DNA of 62,954 nt, counting the filler, from Catajapyx aquilonaris (lineage: Eukaryota): NCBI GenBank assembly GCA_000934665.2. It is 3 parts of 3 records of this genome, joined end to end, with 100 filler letters (N's around TTAATTAATTAA, not from the genome) between each part and the next. Parts side by side here need not be neighbours in the genome. Positions count along the whole stretch, not along the records: positions 42,412 to 62,954 come from JYFJ02006235.1; 2 more parts are not named here. One strand, given 5' to 3'. Shown here piece after piece: positions 44,656-58,176 of the stretch. Under the pieces are notes generated by a model, which searched no databases, had not been told where the DNA came from, and worked only from the letters and a program-made list of their open reading frames with translations. Position numbers and translations under genes: made by a program. How positions within the stretch are numbered: the first letter of the stretch is position 1; the number at the start of each line of letters is the position of its first letter.

Positions 44656-44844
44656 GTAAGTTGATATTTCTCATTGGACCACATTCCATGTTGGCCTAAA
44701 CTTCCTCCTCCTCCTTGGCCATCAGTGATTTAACCCAGAACCAAGTGTTTTGCTATACTTGGGGATCTTGGTAAGTAGGTAAGCTCAGTAGCCTTTGCAG
44801 TGTCATGGGGTACCTACAAGGGGAAATAATTGGCACCATTATGC

Positions 44845-45462
44845 GAGGTGGTCCAACTAGGGAGGACCATTATTTAGGAAAATTATCCTTATTTATCGGT
44901 TTTTTGGTAATCATAAATTATTGTGTTACTTGCAGCAGCTCAAAATAATTCCTTACCTTCCTCTTCTAGGGACAAAAGCAATGGTCTTCTATCCCTTTAT
45001 ATGAGCCACGTGTCAAAATAGATGACAGTATGGGGAACACTACTCCAAAGCAAATGCATGTGTGACCATATAATGGTCAGAAAGTCCAGGCATAGAGGCT
45101 CTTTATAAAAGGGAAGTGGGACAAGTATTGAATTTGTGGACACCCATGTTTTGTCGTGTTAGAACCTCGTCCCACCACCATCGTATAGACTATAGAGGAC
45201 CTCTGAGCGTGGACTTTCCAACCATTAGATGGCCACATCTACATTTGCTTCAGAACTATGTTTCCAGTGGCAGTAAAATCTTAGTAATTTTGACACAAGG
45301 CTAATTTATGGGATTAAAAGAAATAGCTGCTGATCATTTGAATTTTTTTCTCTCTTTTGTCCTTAGAAGGGTAAAGTAAGAATTTGAACTGCTACAAGTA
45401 ACCTGAAGGGCAAATAAGCAGAATTTTTCTAAGCAAGGTTCCTTCCTAGTTGGACTACCCTC
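44845..45462. mobile_element. Degenerate foldback element in a Rab1 intron
   Basis: ggtggtccaactagggagg / ccttcctagttggactacc termini with further imperfect arm homology. Confidence 0.55.
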
Positions 45463-45524
45463 CATATTTTTTGTGCGTCTTTGGCTGAAGGCTTGCAAGT
45501 TCCATGATAATTACAATGGCAATA

Positions 45525-46108
45525 CAGGGTGTTTCAGAGTCACGGGTCAAGCGCGCGCGAGGGGGTGGGGAAAAATCATAGGTGGCGACAACCCAAGTCG
45601 GTTTTATAAAACAATTAGAAATACGGCAGTAATCAATTTATTTATTACGATGTGACGTCACATCCTTTCTGTTCGAATTGACTGGCGTGGACTGGCTAGT
45701 GCAGCATGCACGGCAGCATGGGTTGAACCTGGTTTAATGGCTTTTTAGTGTTGCGGGTTACACTGAAAAAGGTGCGCTCATGCTATACCGGTAGGGTACT
45801 GTACAAAGTAGTGTACTACTGTACAGTAGTGTGTACAGTACCCTGCCGGTATAGTAGGAGAGCGCCTTTTTCAGTGCAACTCGCAAGGCTCAAAAGCCAT
45901 TCAACCAGGTTCAACCCATGCTGCACTAGCCAGTCCGCGCCAGTCAATTCGAACAGAAAGGATGTGACGTCACACCCTACAGCCGTAATAAATAAATTGA
46001 TTACTGCTGTATTTGTAATTGTTTTATAAAACCGACCGGTGTTGTCGCCACCTGCGATTTTTCCCCACCCCCTCGTGTGCACTTGACCTGTGACTCTGAA
46101 ACACCCTG
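45525..46108. mobile_element. 584-bp nearly fully palindromic Tc1/mariner-type MITE in a Rab1 intron
   Basis: TA-CAGGGTGTTTCAGAGTCAC ... GTGACTCTGAAACACCCTG-TA; arms pair almost to the centre (~45820). Confidence 0.88.
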
Positions 46109-48074
46109 TATATGGTGGTTTGACACTCATGTAGGTGTTGTATAAATATATTATAAATGATTTATCCATTTAGGTTGTGATACATACTGTATACACAAAT
46201 TAGTTTCATATTTATTAACTTAGACAAATATTGTCTTTGAAGTTTCTTCATAGATTAATATTAACTTGAGTTTGGTCACCCCTACATGTAAGTGGCGAAA
46301 CAATATTTTTAGTACAGTAGACTCCAGATAAAACCGGCTTCAAGGGACTGCAGAAATCTGCTGTAACCGACGTCTGTTATAGGCAGTTTTCACTGCCCGC
46401 ATTATGCCGCTCAGTTAAAATAGCGTTAGTTTCTTGTGGCGTTCCCTCCTCTCGGAAGTAGATGCGAGGGTCTAGGGGGCCTGGTGTGCGAGTGAATGGC
46501 ATGAGAAGGCCACACGGAAAGGCAACCTAGGCCTAGGGCGGCAGATTTCAAGGGGCGGCAAATTTAGGCATGCAAAAAAATAGTAAACGAAGAATTAATA
46601 ATAAATAATTATGCGACTGGAAGCAGCGCCGGATTTACCGTTAGGCAGAGTAGGAAATTGCCTAGGGGCGACCTCGAGTTGCAATAAATATTTTTCAAAT
46701 AGGCTACAATAATAGGAAATAAAGGCTAAATCATTTAAAAATTCAAAATTTTCACTGGGGGATTCCCAGCGCCGGATTTACCACTAGGCAGACTAGCCAT
46801 AAGTTGAAATATATATTTTAAAATTAAATGAAGGAGAGCACTCGAGAGAAAAATGATGTGTATTGTCTTCCTGGCTGAAATTTTTCACAAGTGCAATATT
46901 TATAATGGACATTATTAGATTTATTACTGTAATATGAATTGAATATACAGTACAGCAACTGTATGTCTGCACCAAGATGGTCATTGTTGAATGCAGACTG
47001 TGGGACAACACACGCTATGCTTGATTGCTTCACGTGGGTGCAAGTGTTTTTAAATGCCTCAACAAGAATTTTAGGTGGTTCCCTGACTGAGTTTTACATG
47101 AAGTATTACGACTTATACTAACAGTACTTAACTATCTGTATTAAATCTGCAGCACTATTGAGGACGGGGGGAATTAGTATAGTAATTTAATCCACAGGCC
47201 AAATGATTATCTATCCCAGTTAAAGTGTTAGGCCATGATCTCTTGCAGCGTAATAATTTCATTCCATTGTTACTCTATATGCTGATAAAAGTGTGGCAAC
47301 TATGTACATGGGAAAAGGAGATGGGAAGACTACACAACTTTTTTTGACGTGGGGTTCTTCATAGCAACCCTCGTAGTGAGTGACAGTACTGTTTCTTATC
47401 CATCTGAGAATCACGTGAGCTTTAAATGGATATCAGAATAAAACCCAGATCTTTTTGGAATGTCAGACCCTTCATAACACTCTTTTGATCTTTGACACAA
47501 AACAAAAAATAAACAAAATAACAATTTTTTCCATATGCATATAACATGTATGAAGAATCAAGGTCATTAGAACTGCAAAAATGATAACACTTTATTATTA
47601 CATCAGGATAGCAAAGGAGGGGCAAGCAGGGAGAGTGTATAGGCATCAAATTACTGCCTGGCAAAAAATCTGCTTAACATTAATGTTTTTTGGTGAGATC
47701 AGGCTGATTCCTAGAAGTTTTACTTTGATTGTCATCCCTTCAATGTCAAACCAGGTCAATGCGGTATATAATTTTTGGTTGGGAATTTGGAGTTTCTGAG
47801 TGTCAAAACTGAATCCTATGTCGACATAGTATTTGCCTGTGGTAAAAATGGTAGCCTTAACCAAGATACATGCTCAAAAAATGTGGAAATAATTATTTAC
47901 CCCTGTATGGAAGGAATTAAGTATCTGGTCCACTATATTTCTAGACTGTCGTTGTAAAAAGCTAACTTTTGAAAATTGTATTGAGTCAAAAAATAGTGTT
48001 AGCAAGTAAGATAGGTAATTAGTGGCATGTCTACTTTGCTTGGTCTAAACATTTTTGTGCAAATGGTGCTTGAC

Positions 48075-49132
48075 GTGTACTAGAAAAATGAAATCTAATA
48101 TTGCAAACCAAGGATAGTGAGATGAGATGTTGGGGGTCAAAGTGCTGCAAAGGACATGGTGGGGTTCTTTATAGAAAAGTTGAGCCAGATGGATTTGGAT
48201 GAAACTTGGTCAGTTGATAGACCTTAGGGCCAATTGTTCTGAAGGACGAAGAAAATCTAGTGGGCCACTAGAGGTGCTCGAAGTCATAATTTCAGGTCGT
48301 TCCTATTGGGCTCATTTTCATTTATGTTGTCGAGTTTCATGCGCCGAGTCGAATGAGCCATATGTTGATTTTCTGTGACAAACCATTTGGCAGTTATTGT
48401 TATGTCATACTTATAATCCCACTACAAGGTCCTATGTTGAACTCAATTGTGTCTAGTGGCCAAATGGTTTGTCACAGAAAATCAACATAAGGCTCATTTG
48501 ACTTAGTTCATGAAACTCGACAGCGTATATGAAAATGAGCCTGATAGGAACCACCTAAAATTCTGACTTCGAGCGCCTCTAGCGGAAATGTAGATTTTCT
48601 TCGTCCTTCAGAATAATTGATCGTAAGGTCTATCAACTAACCAAGTTTCATCCAAATCCATCTGGCTCAACTTTTCTATGAAAAACCCCCCCATGTCCTT
48701 CGCAATATATTTTTTCATGTTTCAAATGGCCACCACCCAGGAACCTGAAGTAATTGTTATTTACAATTTTTTTTAGGTTTGGTAGCTGATGCCAGATTTT
48801 TCAAGTGATTTATTCCTCAGTAAAAACTGACATTTAATGAACTTGATGTGTTACCCAATTGTAATACCTCCATTTTGGAGGGTAGCCACATGATGTGAAA
48901 AGTGTTGTGCAATCATGAAGTTCTTTAACTGTCAGATTGAGGGAATGGTATGTGTCTTTAAAAATTTGTTATCATATATCAGTATCATAAAAATTATATC
49001 ACGTTCCTGATACCTTATGTGTGTGTGGTGATTTGAAACTTGAAAAAATTGCAAATTCGCAGAACTTTGACCCCAGTATCTCATCTCTCTATCCCTGGTG
49101 TGCAGTACTAGCTTTCACTTTTCTTGTGCACA
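48075..49132. mobile_element. Older TIR element containing a ~550-bp foldback MITE (48149-48701)
   Basis: Outer arms ggatagtgagatgagatgttgggggtcaaagt / actttgaccccagtatctcatctctctatcc; inner AAGGACATGG..CCATGTCCTT with ~260-bp arms. Confidence 0.75.
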
Positions 49133-49904
49133 CTATAAAACACTATTGGCAGCAAAAATTTAAGTGAACCAAGCAAATTTGGCGTGGTACAGATTACTTA
49201 TCCTATTTGCTAACATTTTCAATTGACAAACAAGACACTTCAAGAAGCGATGGACTGGATCCTGTAATTCCTGTACTACCACATGCACACTACAGGATGA
49301 AATGGACTTGCTACTTAACGGGGACCCTTCATTAGTGACATCCGTGAAAGCGGGATAGTAGAACAAGAATTTCATGAGTTCTGCAAAATAACCCACTTAT
49401 GGTCAAATGAGGGATGGCCACAGAAAAAGGAAATGAAGCTGTCATCCACCACAATAAATTACAAAATACTGGAGAGATACAATTTAAAATCAAAATTATG
49501 AAATGCTATACTCATTGCATGATACAGCCCAGCTCAACAGGGACCCTGACTCAGTCAATGGGAGAGGAGGCCAGGGCACAATTGCAAGAAAAGAACATCG
49601 AAGCATAAAATGGCATACAAGCAACAGTAATTAATATATTTGGCAGTACTGATGTCATGACCTACTGTAGCCCTCGTGCCATTTGCTGTCACCCATGCAA
49701 CATTTTGTGGTACCACCTTGGCGTGGACCTGGCACCTAATGCCATATATGCACATTATGTGCCGGTACTGCCATGGTCATAAAAAAGCCACATCTGCAAT
49801 GTGCAATAAGGTTGCCCGAGAATATTGCAGCTGGAGTGCATTACTAAAGCTGCAGTTTAATGGAGGCAGACAAGTTACTGTTAACTTCAGTGCACACTAC
49901 AGAT

Positions 49905-50259
49905 CATGGACTAGAATACTAGGGACTGTCCACTCTCCCTCTTATTGCATTGGGAGGCTAACGGGGATGTAATACAGAACCACAGACGGCGCTGAGCAGG
50001 GCCCAGACCGAAAAGAAGCACATCGCGTCGATGCCATCGATGCCTAGTTTGAAGAGCACTAGCTCAGGGCCCAGCAGCTTATTGGTTTAAATAAGAATGT
50101 GTGGATAGGTGCTTTGATCGATGGCATCGATGCAATGTGCTTCTCTCCGGTCTGGGCCCTGCTCAGCGGCGCCTGTGGTTCCATACTGCATTACCTCCCC
50201 GTTAGCCTCCCAACGCGATAAGAGGGAGAGTGACCAGTCCTTATTATTCCTAGTCCGTG
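49905..50259. mobile_element. Foldback MITE with 8-bp TSD (P- or hAT-type)
   Basis: CATGGACTAG ... CTAGTCCGTG; TSD CTACAGAT at 49897-49904 and 50260-50267; ~135-bp arms. Confidence 0.82.
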
Positions 50260-50658
50260 CTACAGATACAGCATTTTTCCTGACCATGGCATTGTAGAGC
50301 CTGAATGTACTGTCTTGTCTACTGAAGTGTGTTGCCAGCACTGGTCAATCTGGTTTTCCAGATAATGACAGCATGTCTGTGGCCTACGTTTTTTATGCAC
50401 AAAGATGTCTGTCTCTCCATATAACATGTTCTCGATATGCTGTGACATTTTGAACAGTTGACTTGTGCCCAGCATTTAAACAATTTGGCTTACTGCATCT
50501 CTGGCATTTGGTTTAAGTAGAATTTGTGGATGAAGTCCAGGTAGATATTATCTGGCCACTTTTATTCTTAAAGCTAAGGTTCCACTTTTCCTCACTTTTC
50601 TGTAACATGGCTTATTCTGAGTAAGTGTAATTTGTTGACGTGTTCATTTTCATTTCAG

Positions 50659-50706
50659 AAAATTAGAACTATCGACCTGGATGGAAAGACTGTGAAGCTT
50701 CAAATA
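50659..50706 (+). CDS. Rab1: Rab1 coding exon 4
   Basis: tttcag|KIRTIDLDGKTVKLQI|gtaagt. Confidence 0.97.
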
Positions 50707-51603
50707 GTAAGTTTTTACAAGCATTCTGTGTCTGTGTTGAATGAAAGTAATGGTCAAGTGAGTCAAGGGTGGTGGCTCAATCTCCAGGGAATTTATTGAG
50801 AAAAATTATGCAAAGACATACCAGAGAGTTGATGTCATAACTTAGGTATGCTACAGTGTGCGGTGTGGAAATTAACATTCCTCAAATCTATGCTCACCTG
50901 AGTTGTGGAAGGCCACCCTAAAACCTTGACATGGTTTCTTGGCATATCTTCAAACTGGTAACTAGTGTTAGTCCTGACCCACTGACTTATCTCTCTCCCA
51001 CCCCAAAACCTGACCAAAATGATATTACTTATGGCAATAAGGCCCTTGTGAATACATGGAGTTATCATATCATGCATGGATACAAGAAATTATCATACAT
51101 GATGTGATAAGTACACATCTTCAGATGCCCTGAGTTGTCACTTTTGGGTATGACTTGGGGTTAAGATAAGATGGTGGGACAGACTGCCACAAGCTATTGT
51201 TTTCAGTTAACATTGAATCTGATAAGGTAGCTTTTGAATTGAGCTGTCAAAATCACAACCATGATATGTTGCATGTGAAAGGAAAGCTGACATCCAGTTT
51301 TACACTGAGCTTGCAAATACTGTCTGTTTCATAATTTTGCTCGCATCCGTATCTGTGGTATCTCTGGAGTAGAGTGAACGCTTCTTCATGAAGTTGGTAC
51401 TCCTGCACCTGAGTGTACCTGGCAAACATGAGCATGTCAGGCATGCTCTCCAAGCGCTACTCGGGATGCATCCTGACTTATTTGCACCTATTATGGCTTT
51501 AGCTAGCCTGGATGTAAATGTTGCACTTTCTTCCAAGTGTAACTCATGGCGGGTACCAAACTATCCATGTGTGTGTGTGCGCGCGCGCTCCATGGGAAAT
51601 ATA

Positions 51604-51970
51604 CTGTGATTTATTCTACTCTGGATCCACGTCACCAAGCCCCCTTCTCCTCCACCCCGTCCACCCCTCCACAGACTGTAAGTGTTACCAACCTAACCTC
51701 ACGCACGTGGTCACCGCTGTCACCATTAATGAAATATTTAGTTAACTCGGTTCCTTCCTGTCTGTGACAAAGGAATACGCAGTGTCGATTAACACTCACA
51801 ATATAATTTATATCGCAAAGTGTATGCCTTATGACATAATAAATTACAACATTGTTGTGATACCACGTGTGTGAAGTTAGGTTGGTAACAAGTATTGTCC
51901 GTGGAGGGGTGGACAAGTGGAGGAGAAGGGGTCTTGGTGACGTGATTCCATAGTAGAATAAGTTAGACAG
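51604..51970. mobile_element. Foldback MITE (TA flanks) in a Rab1 intron
   Basis: ttattctact..cacgtcaccaag..cccttctcctccac / gtggaggagaagggg..cttggtgacgtg..agtagaataa. Confidence 0.72.
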
Positions 51971-52181
51971 TACATGGTTTCACCAGGTTTACCACATGAA
52001 CAAGTCTCATGTGTGCAGCTTGTAGTTTTCATGTCTTTGGAGTCTCAGTTTGACAACTGCACGTTCCCTTTTTCAAATATGTTGCAGTGCAGATTTTCAC
52101 TGTTTGATTCTAGTGCCTAATTACCAATTGGCAGTAATTTGACAGCTGTATTTTTGATTCAACCAGTGGTAGGGACTAGAG

Positions 52182-52688
52182 AAGAAGAGAGTTGACAACT
52201 TGTTATGTAAGGTCATCTCTGATTGGGTGGAGTCTTTTTGGAGTGTTTATGTTTCGTATGGTGGCCGCCATCTTGAATTGCTATGGAAACAGTATTCTAA
52301 AACCTTGGAAACAGCAGCTGGCTCTGGCGTCGTGATTGTAGTTCAGGCCTTCTGGCTGCATCCTAATTGTGCAGGGGCATTTGAATGTCATTCGAAAAAG
52401 CAGGAGCACGTAGTAAGGTGAAGAATAAAGAAAGGTGTAGTAGTTGACATATTGGATAAAATTGGACCAGAAGGGGCCAAGGTAAATCAGGCACTGTCTG
52501 TACGGTAGATTTTTGGATGCAGCCAGAAGACCTGAACTACAATCGTGACGTCAGAGCCAGCCGCTGTTTCCAAGGGTTTAGAATACTGTTTCCATAGCAA
52601 TTCAAGATGGTGGCCCCCATATGACAAGTGAACACTCCAAAAAGACTCCAATCAGAGACGACCTTGCGTAAAGTTGGTGACTCTTCTT
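52182..52688. mobile_element. Foldback MITE in a Rab1 intron
   Basis: ~190-bp arms including ccatcttgaattgctatggaaacagtattctaaa / tttagaatactgtttccatagcaattcaagatgg. Confidence 0.78.
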
Positions 52689-52875
52689 TAAGGCTCTCGA
52701 GTAGTGACATCACGAGCCTTGATTTGCTAGTTCCAATGTTGACTCATTGTTGTCTATTGTGATGTCAGTACTATTTTCTGGTTGAGGTGATAATAGGTGG
52801 ATAATGCTATTAATGTCATCAACAGGGTCAGTAGGACCGTGGGAACATGTTTTCTAGCTCTTGTTGTTTTTCCAG

Positions 52876-53103
52876 TGGGACACTGCAGGACAAGAGCGCT
52901 TCCGGACCATCACATCCAGCTACTATCGGGGAGCCCATGGCATTATTGTTGTGTATGACTGCACTGATCAGGAGTCATTCAACAACGTGAAGCAGTGGCT
53001 GCAAGAGATAGATCGCTATGCTTGTGAGAATGTAAACAAGTTGCTTGTGGGGAATAAGTGTGACCTCACTACCAAAAAAGTAATTGAGTACCAGGTAGCC
53101 AAG
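52876..53103 (+). CDS. Rab1: Rab1 coding exon 5
   Basis: ttccag|[41 protein letters not shown]|gtaagg; 228 nt. Confidence 0.98.
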
Positions 53104-53182
53104 GTAAGGGATAGTAGGATTGGACAGCAGTGAAAGAGCAGTGTGCCACATGCCTCTCTCATTCTGGTTTTGATTTTTCCAG

Positions 53183-53377
53183 GAATATGCTGACCAGTTG
53201 GGCATTCCCTTCCTGGAAACCTCAGCCAAGAATGCAACCAACGTGGAGCAGGCCTTCATGACCATGGCTGCTGAGATCAAGAATCGCATGGGACCTCCTT
53301 CCTCAACAGCAGATACATCCAACAAGGTTAAGATTGAACAAGGCCGAACCATTGAGGCCAAATCAGGATGCTGCTGA
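53183..53377 (+). CDS. Rab1: Rab1 last coding exon
   Basis: ttccag|[42 protein letters not shown]-terminal CC prenylation motif. Confidence 0.98.
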   Translation, partial: EYADQLGIPFLETSAKNATNVEQAFMTMAAEIKNRMGPPSSTADTSNKVKIEQGRTIEAKSGCC

Positions 53378-54266
53378 AAGTAGACGCCATCAAATGTGAG
53401 CGGGAATATTTAAGGGCAGGGGTGTCAAGGCCATCACATCCCAATTCACCTGCATTATTCCCTTGCAGGCATCTCAAACACTACATTCTTGCCGGTTGAA
53501 AATGATCAGTAAGCTGATAACAAGATGATTTCCAAACCTGCTGGGCTGTTTTGGAGGGGATATAAATTAGGCATAGAAACAAACAAAAAAAAACTATAAA
53601 AGGGGACAGGCGATATGCAGAGAGAATTTATACTTTCTTTGGAACCAGAACCTTTTCCTGAGCTTTTCATTTCTCAGGAAGGGGTCAGGACTCTCCAGTG
53701 TAATTGTGTATGCACAAGTTTGGTCTGGGCCTTCTTTTGTCCACTTACTTCTCTGAGCACGTAAAACCTCCCTTGTCATCATTTTTTCATAGATAAACTT
53801 GTCACTTTCTGTAAGAAATAAGAAAAAAAAATAATAGTTTTGTTGCTAAGGGAGAGCTTGGCCAAGACCAGACTTGCCTGCTAAGAAGTGTGTTAATCAG
53901 TCATATTTAATAAAATGTTCCAGATATGAAAAATTCACTGACAGTTGTCCTTCAAAACATGTGTCCTGCAAAGGGGGTGTGGGTGTAGGGTGGTGGGAGA
54001 TTGCTACAATTTTATTACACCTTTTCATCAACATGAAATTGTGGGATTTTTCCACCAAGGAGAGCTTGTTCATCCCTACTTTCCACTTAAGATTTGATGG
54101 TTTTACATGCTTTGATTTTCATGAACTATATAAAAATGGGATGTACAGAAAAGATATAGTGTAGGACTAATGTGGTTACTAAATTTGCTGTTGCAAATCA
54201 AAGGAATCCATCATTCCAATCAAGACACCAGCACAGTTGTAGTTAATGTAATGTGTTGGTATACCA

Positions 54267-54272
54267 AATAAA
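54267..54272 (+). terminator. Candidate Rab1 polyadenylation signal (alternative at 53909-53914)
   Basis: AATAAA at the end of a ~0.9-kb repeat-free, AT-rich 3' UTR-like stretch. Confidence 0.4.
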
Positions 54273-55793
54273 ATATTGAATATAGTCGACGTCCATTATG
54301 TTGCCTGACAGATTGCTTGCATTTGGATTTCAGATGTTACCAACTTGATTGCATAATAAATATTTATAAACTGAAAAGATCTGTTTTTTGTTTTTTTCCT
54401 TGGGGGTACATTTTGTGATTCTATGGAAGACTTGTTAATTCTGTGCAATTGTTTATTTCTTGATTCATTATGAACTGATGCAGCTGGTGGATTGTATGTA
54501 AAGGAGCATTTGAGCAGTGGAAAGAGGAACATTTAGGCTGCCACGTTTGCACTTTCATAGTTGTCAGACTCGAGAGTTAGTGCAGAGATGTGGTTCTATC
54601 ATACTCCTTGAGCAGGGTTAGAATATGCTGCAGATGATAATCAGAGAGAATCTGGGCTTAAGAATAGAAAGTGGCTCATGAAATTAAAGAACTGCATGTA
54701 TTAGTGGTCATGTTCCACATCTGGAGTATGCCTGAAAACACGCTCTGAAGGTACTATGGGTCCAACACATGTGATGGTGGGGAAACGGAGGCTCTGCCTG
54801 TGCTGATCGTGTGCTCTCATTGGCTGCCAATTGCCTAATTACCCTCACTGGTTAATTGCTCTTTGTTGTGGGGGCCACCAGGTACTTGGCAGTGACCCAT
54901 TTTTAAATAAAAATTTTAATGACCAAAATGTTCAACCCGGTGCAATGCTTAAGTAGATTTGATGTGAATTTCCCCCCCTAAAATTTCCCTGCTCAAGTTT
55001 ATTTTTCACTTCTCTCTTTTATTTTATTTTGATTCCCCTTCCCAGCCTTCCTCATGACCCCTAAAAACATGCTGGTGGCCCAGGGGTTGGGAACAGAATA
55101 AACATTTCGTCCATATAGAGTCGTACCATTCTTTATGAACGGTACTGTACTTGTGGCTCTGGTTTTTTTCCAGGTCATGTCATTTTGCCGTAATCGGATG
55201 TGGAGCAAAATGAGATGGCTCCTGATGCAGTCACTAATACAGACTAATACAGACCCTGTAGGGTGGCATGGTGGTGTAGTTGTTTGAGCCACTATGTGAC
55301 TTCCACTTCTCAGGTCGACTTGCGTTCCGTCCCTGGGTGGGACAGTGAGCAAAGGTTACAGGCAGACCAAAAGTTATGGATTGAATCATGGTTAGGAGGG
55401 CCAGGTGATGTTTTTGCATTGCTGTAGCAAATATAAAATATTTATTCAGCGTGACCATCTTCTTTTGCTTAAGTGGGAGACGGGTTATCTATCCTGCTTC
55501 CCCATGAGCTACAAGAGTTTTGTCCACCATGGTCCGATCTATTCCCGACACAATTTGATCCCTGCATCTGACAGGGGAATATCTCATGTGGAAAGGAGTT
55601 TTGATGGGTTACCTCTGTGAGGGGTGGGGTTTGCAAATTTGCTCATTTCCTCCCACAATCAAAATCCATCGTGATTGAGGTATGAATTTATAAAGTGACC
55701 AAAAGAGGATCCCCTAAAAGGCCTCCCATTAATACAGTCCATATGTTTCTGACTGGCATGAAAGTAGCTTTTTGGAAACTGAATGTGAGTACT

Positions 55794-56417
55794 TGAAGAC
55801 CTTGGGGGAAGAATGATCAAGGTCCACTTTTTGTCAAAAATTACTTACATATCTCAGAAAATAGTAGTTTCATTAGCGTAGAATATGATGGTTTGGTCAT
55901 GGTTGTGGAGTAATGATCATATGTCGCTATGGAAGGCCCTGAAAGTGGGATTTAATATTTTTTTATCTTATTTATTTATTTTATTTACCCCATTGAGAGA
56001 GGACAGCGCTCTTTTAAGTGGAGTGGAACACCATCATTTTTCAACCCATTTTCTGTATATTTTCTTCTAACTCCATGCAAGGAAGAAAGGACATGAGGTA
56101 GGGATGGGGATTTCCGGGGAGGAGACAAGGGTGCAGGTGCAATGTCATTATACTGGGGTCATGTGCAGTCTCCCTGGATGTTAGGTTTCCAGACACCTCC
56201 AAGGTGTGGGTTAGAGACCCTCCTGACGCAGGAAAAAGGGAGCTCCCGGGCGGGGATCGAACCCGGGACCTTCCCCTCAGCGAGTCGTTACCAACTCGTC
56301 CACCACGCCTCCCCATGTGGGATTTAAAATAGAATAGAATAGGGCCATCGAAATTTGAAATTGGAATAACTGTTTCACCTGAGGTGGACCTTGATCGTTC
56401 TTCCCCCAAGGTCTTCA
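55794..56417. mobile_element. TIR element with a nested SINE
   Basis: TGAAGACCTTGGGGGAAGAATGATCAAGGTCCAC / GTGGACCTTGATCGTTCTTCCCCCAAGGTCTTCA. Confidence 0.75.
55956..56316 (-). mobile_element. tRNA-derived SINE (family A, older copy)
   Basis: TSD GTGGGATTTAA at 55945-55955 and 56317-56327; B box GGTTCGATCCCC; body homologous to 20299-20641. Confidence 0.82.
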
Positions 56418-56513
56418 CATAGGAGTAGTCTGCTAATTTTGGTGGGATTCTATGGATGTTTGGTTTTTTTGTACCATGTCTCTATACAGTGTGTGGAAAT
56501 TAAATGTACGGTA

Positions 56514-56615
56514 CTATATCGCTCAAAAACATAGAGACGATTTTGCATTTGACTCGAGTGCAGCTTGCACTTGAATCAAATGCAAAATCGTCTCTTATGT
56601 TTTTGAGTGATATAG
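56514..56615. mobile_element. 102-bp palindromic MITE (TA TSD)
   Basis: TA-CTATATCGCTCAAAAACATA ... TATGTTTTTGAGTGATATAG-TA; a related tiny remnant lies near 19048-19085. Confidence 0.75.
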
Positions 56616-57042
56616 TACCAAAACTTTGAGGGAGGGTAGAAAGGTCCTACTTGTATGCGATAATAAGTGTAAGTATTGTGGGTATCGGCACCATATAAAT
56701 TACTGGGATAATTAGTATTACATAGAGAGTGCATTATAGCATATTCTATGTCGTGGATGCAGCAGTGACACTTCCACAGCCTAAGCCACTGCCTGCTACA
56801 CTAATGGGATTGTAACTTAAATTTAAATTGTATGTTAACATCTGAAATTTAAATGGAAAAGGTAAGGTCACATGGAGGGATGCATACCCAACAAGATATT
56901 TGATACATTGTGTTTGAAGCCCATTATCTGGGTAACTAGGCTGTGGGGACCCATGATACTCATACTTAAAATAGCCTAGAATCCCTGTACCATCCCCAAA
57001 AGTTTCCATACATTAAATTTCTGCATTGGTTTTGGTGAAGTA

Positions 57043-57378
57043 CACTGTACTCCCGATTATCTGGGCAATACTGGGCTAATGACTGCACCAGTGTCGCCAG
57101 ATAATAGGAAAACATGGAAAACCGGATAATGGTTCTACTGTAGATACTGTAAAAATGGGATATTCACAGGTTTTTGAAGTACATAGTGTATGCCGCTTTA
57201 ACTAAAGTTTAATCAAAATAATGAAACTTCTCATAGATTTTTACTAGTAGTTTGTCTTAGAGAAAAAGTCTCATATTTCTTCATTTGGGAGATGACATTT
57301 TTTCAGACTTTTATTTTTAATTTAATTTTTTGCCAATGCATGGATAATCCACATCCAGACAATCGGGAACGTACAGTG
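57043..57378. mobile_element. Tigger/pogo-like MITE (TA TSD)
   Basis: TA-CACTGTACTCCCGATTATCTGG ... CCAGACAATCGGGAACGTACAGTG-TA. Confidence 0.65.
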
Positions 57379-58176
57379 TAGTATGATACCAACTCCACAG
57401 TGCAATTGTTGCCCTGTTGTCTTCACCACTCCATGCCTTGGTACCCCTAGTGACATATTCCCTCTGCTGACTCTGCTTCTGCCTAGCCCACGGGACACAT
57501 CCCTGGCCATAATTCCCACTGGCTGAATAGATCGGAATAGATGCCCTCTACCCTAGGAGGGATCACCTGTAATGAACCCGTGGGATGTAAAACCCCAGGC
57601 CCCACCCCTATGACAAGACACATCTTTTCTGAAATTGTTACTTACCCCATCAGTTGACTTTAGATGGAACCTTCTGAATCAGGGCGTGTGTGCATAGAAA
57701 TGGAAAAAGGAGATTTAGGTATCTACAGGTCAATAATGTAATAGTCAAAATTTCTTTTAGTGGTGATGTATTAAAGAGCATACATTTCTCTGCCGAACGA
57801 GGGAGTAACAGATACATGTTTAGCAACCTGCAGCAGCAGATACATGGATGTTTAGCAACCTGGGAATATCAGGGAATTACTTTGCTGGGCTGGAATTCTT
57901 CCTAATGATTTGATTTGATTTATTTGTTACCCTGATGGGCTATTGCCCTTTTGGTGCAATTTTTGTGTCCATTGCTCCATTTTTGAGGCCGTACGGCCGC
58001 AGAAGCGTAGACATGTCGAATACCCATAATTATGCTGTCCATGCATATGCGAGTTTGTTTGTTTACGTGATCGCCAAGGGCTCGCATTGTTACCGATTGT
58101 TACCGTATTTTTTTGCTAATGCGCCCCCTTAAGCAAGTTCACATGTAATCTCCTCAGTAACTTTCACACAGACTCA

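Noticed and set aside
54690..57680. Splice-like signals on the minus strand between Rab1 and XRCC4 (acceptors near 54732, 55568 and 57567; donor at 57645)
   Set aside because: No consistent reading frame or recognisable protein results, and no snoRNA boxes were found. A lncRNA cannot be excluded without RNA data.
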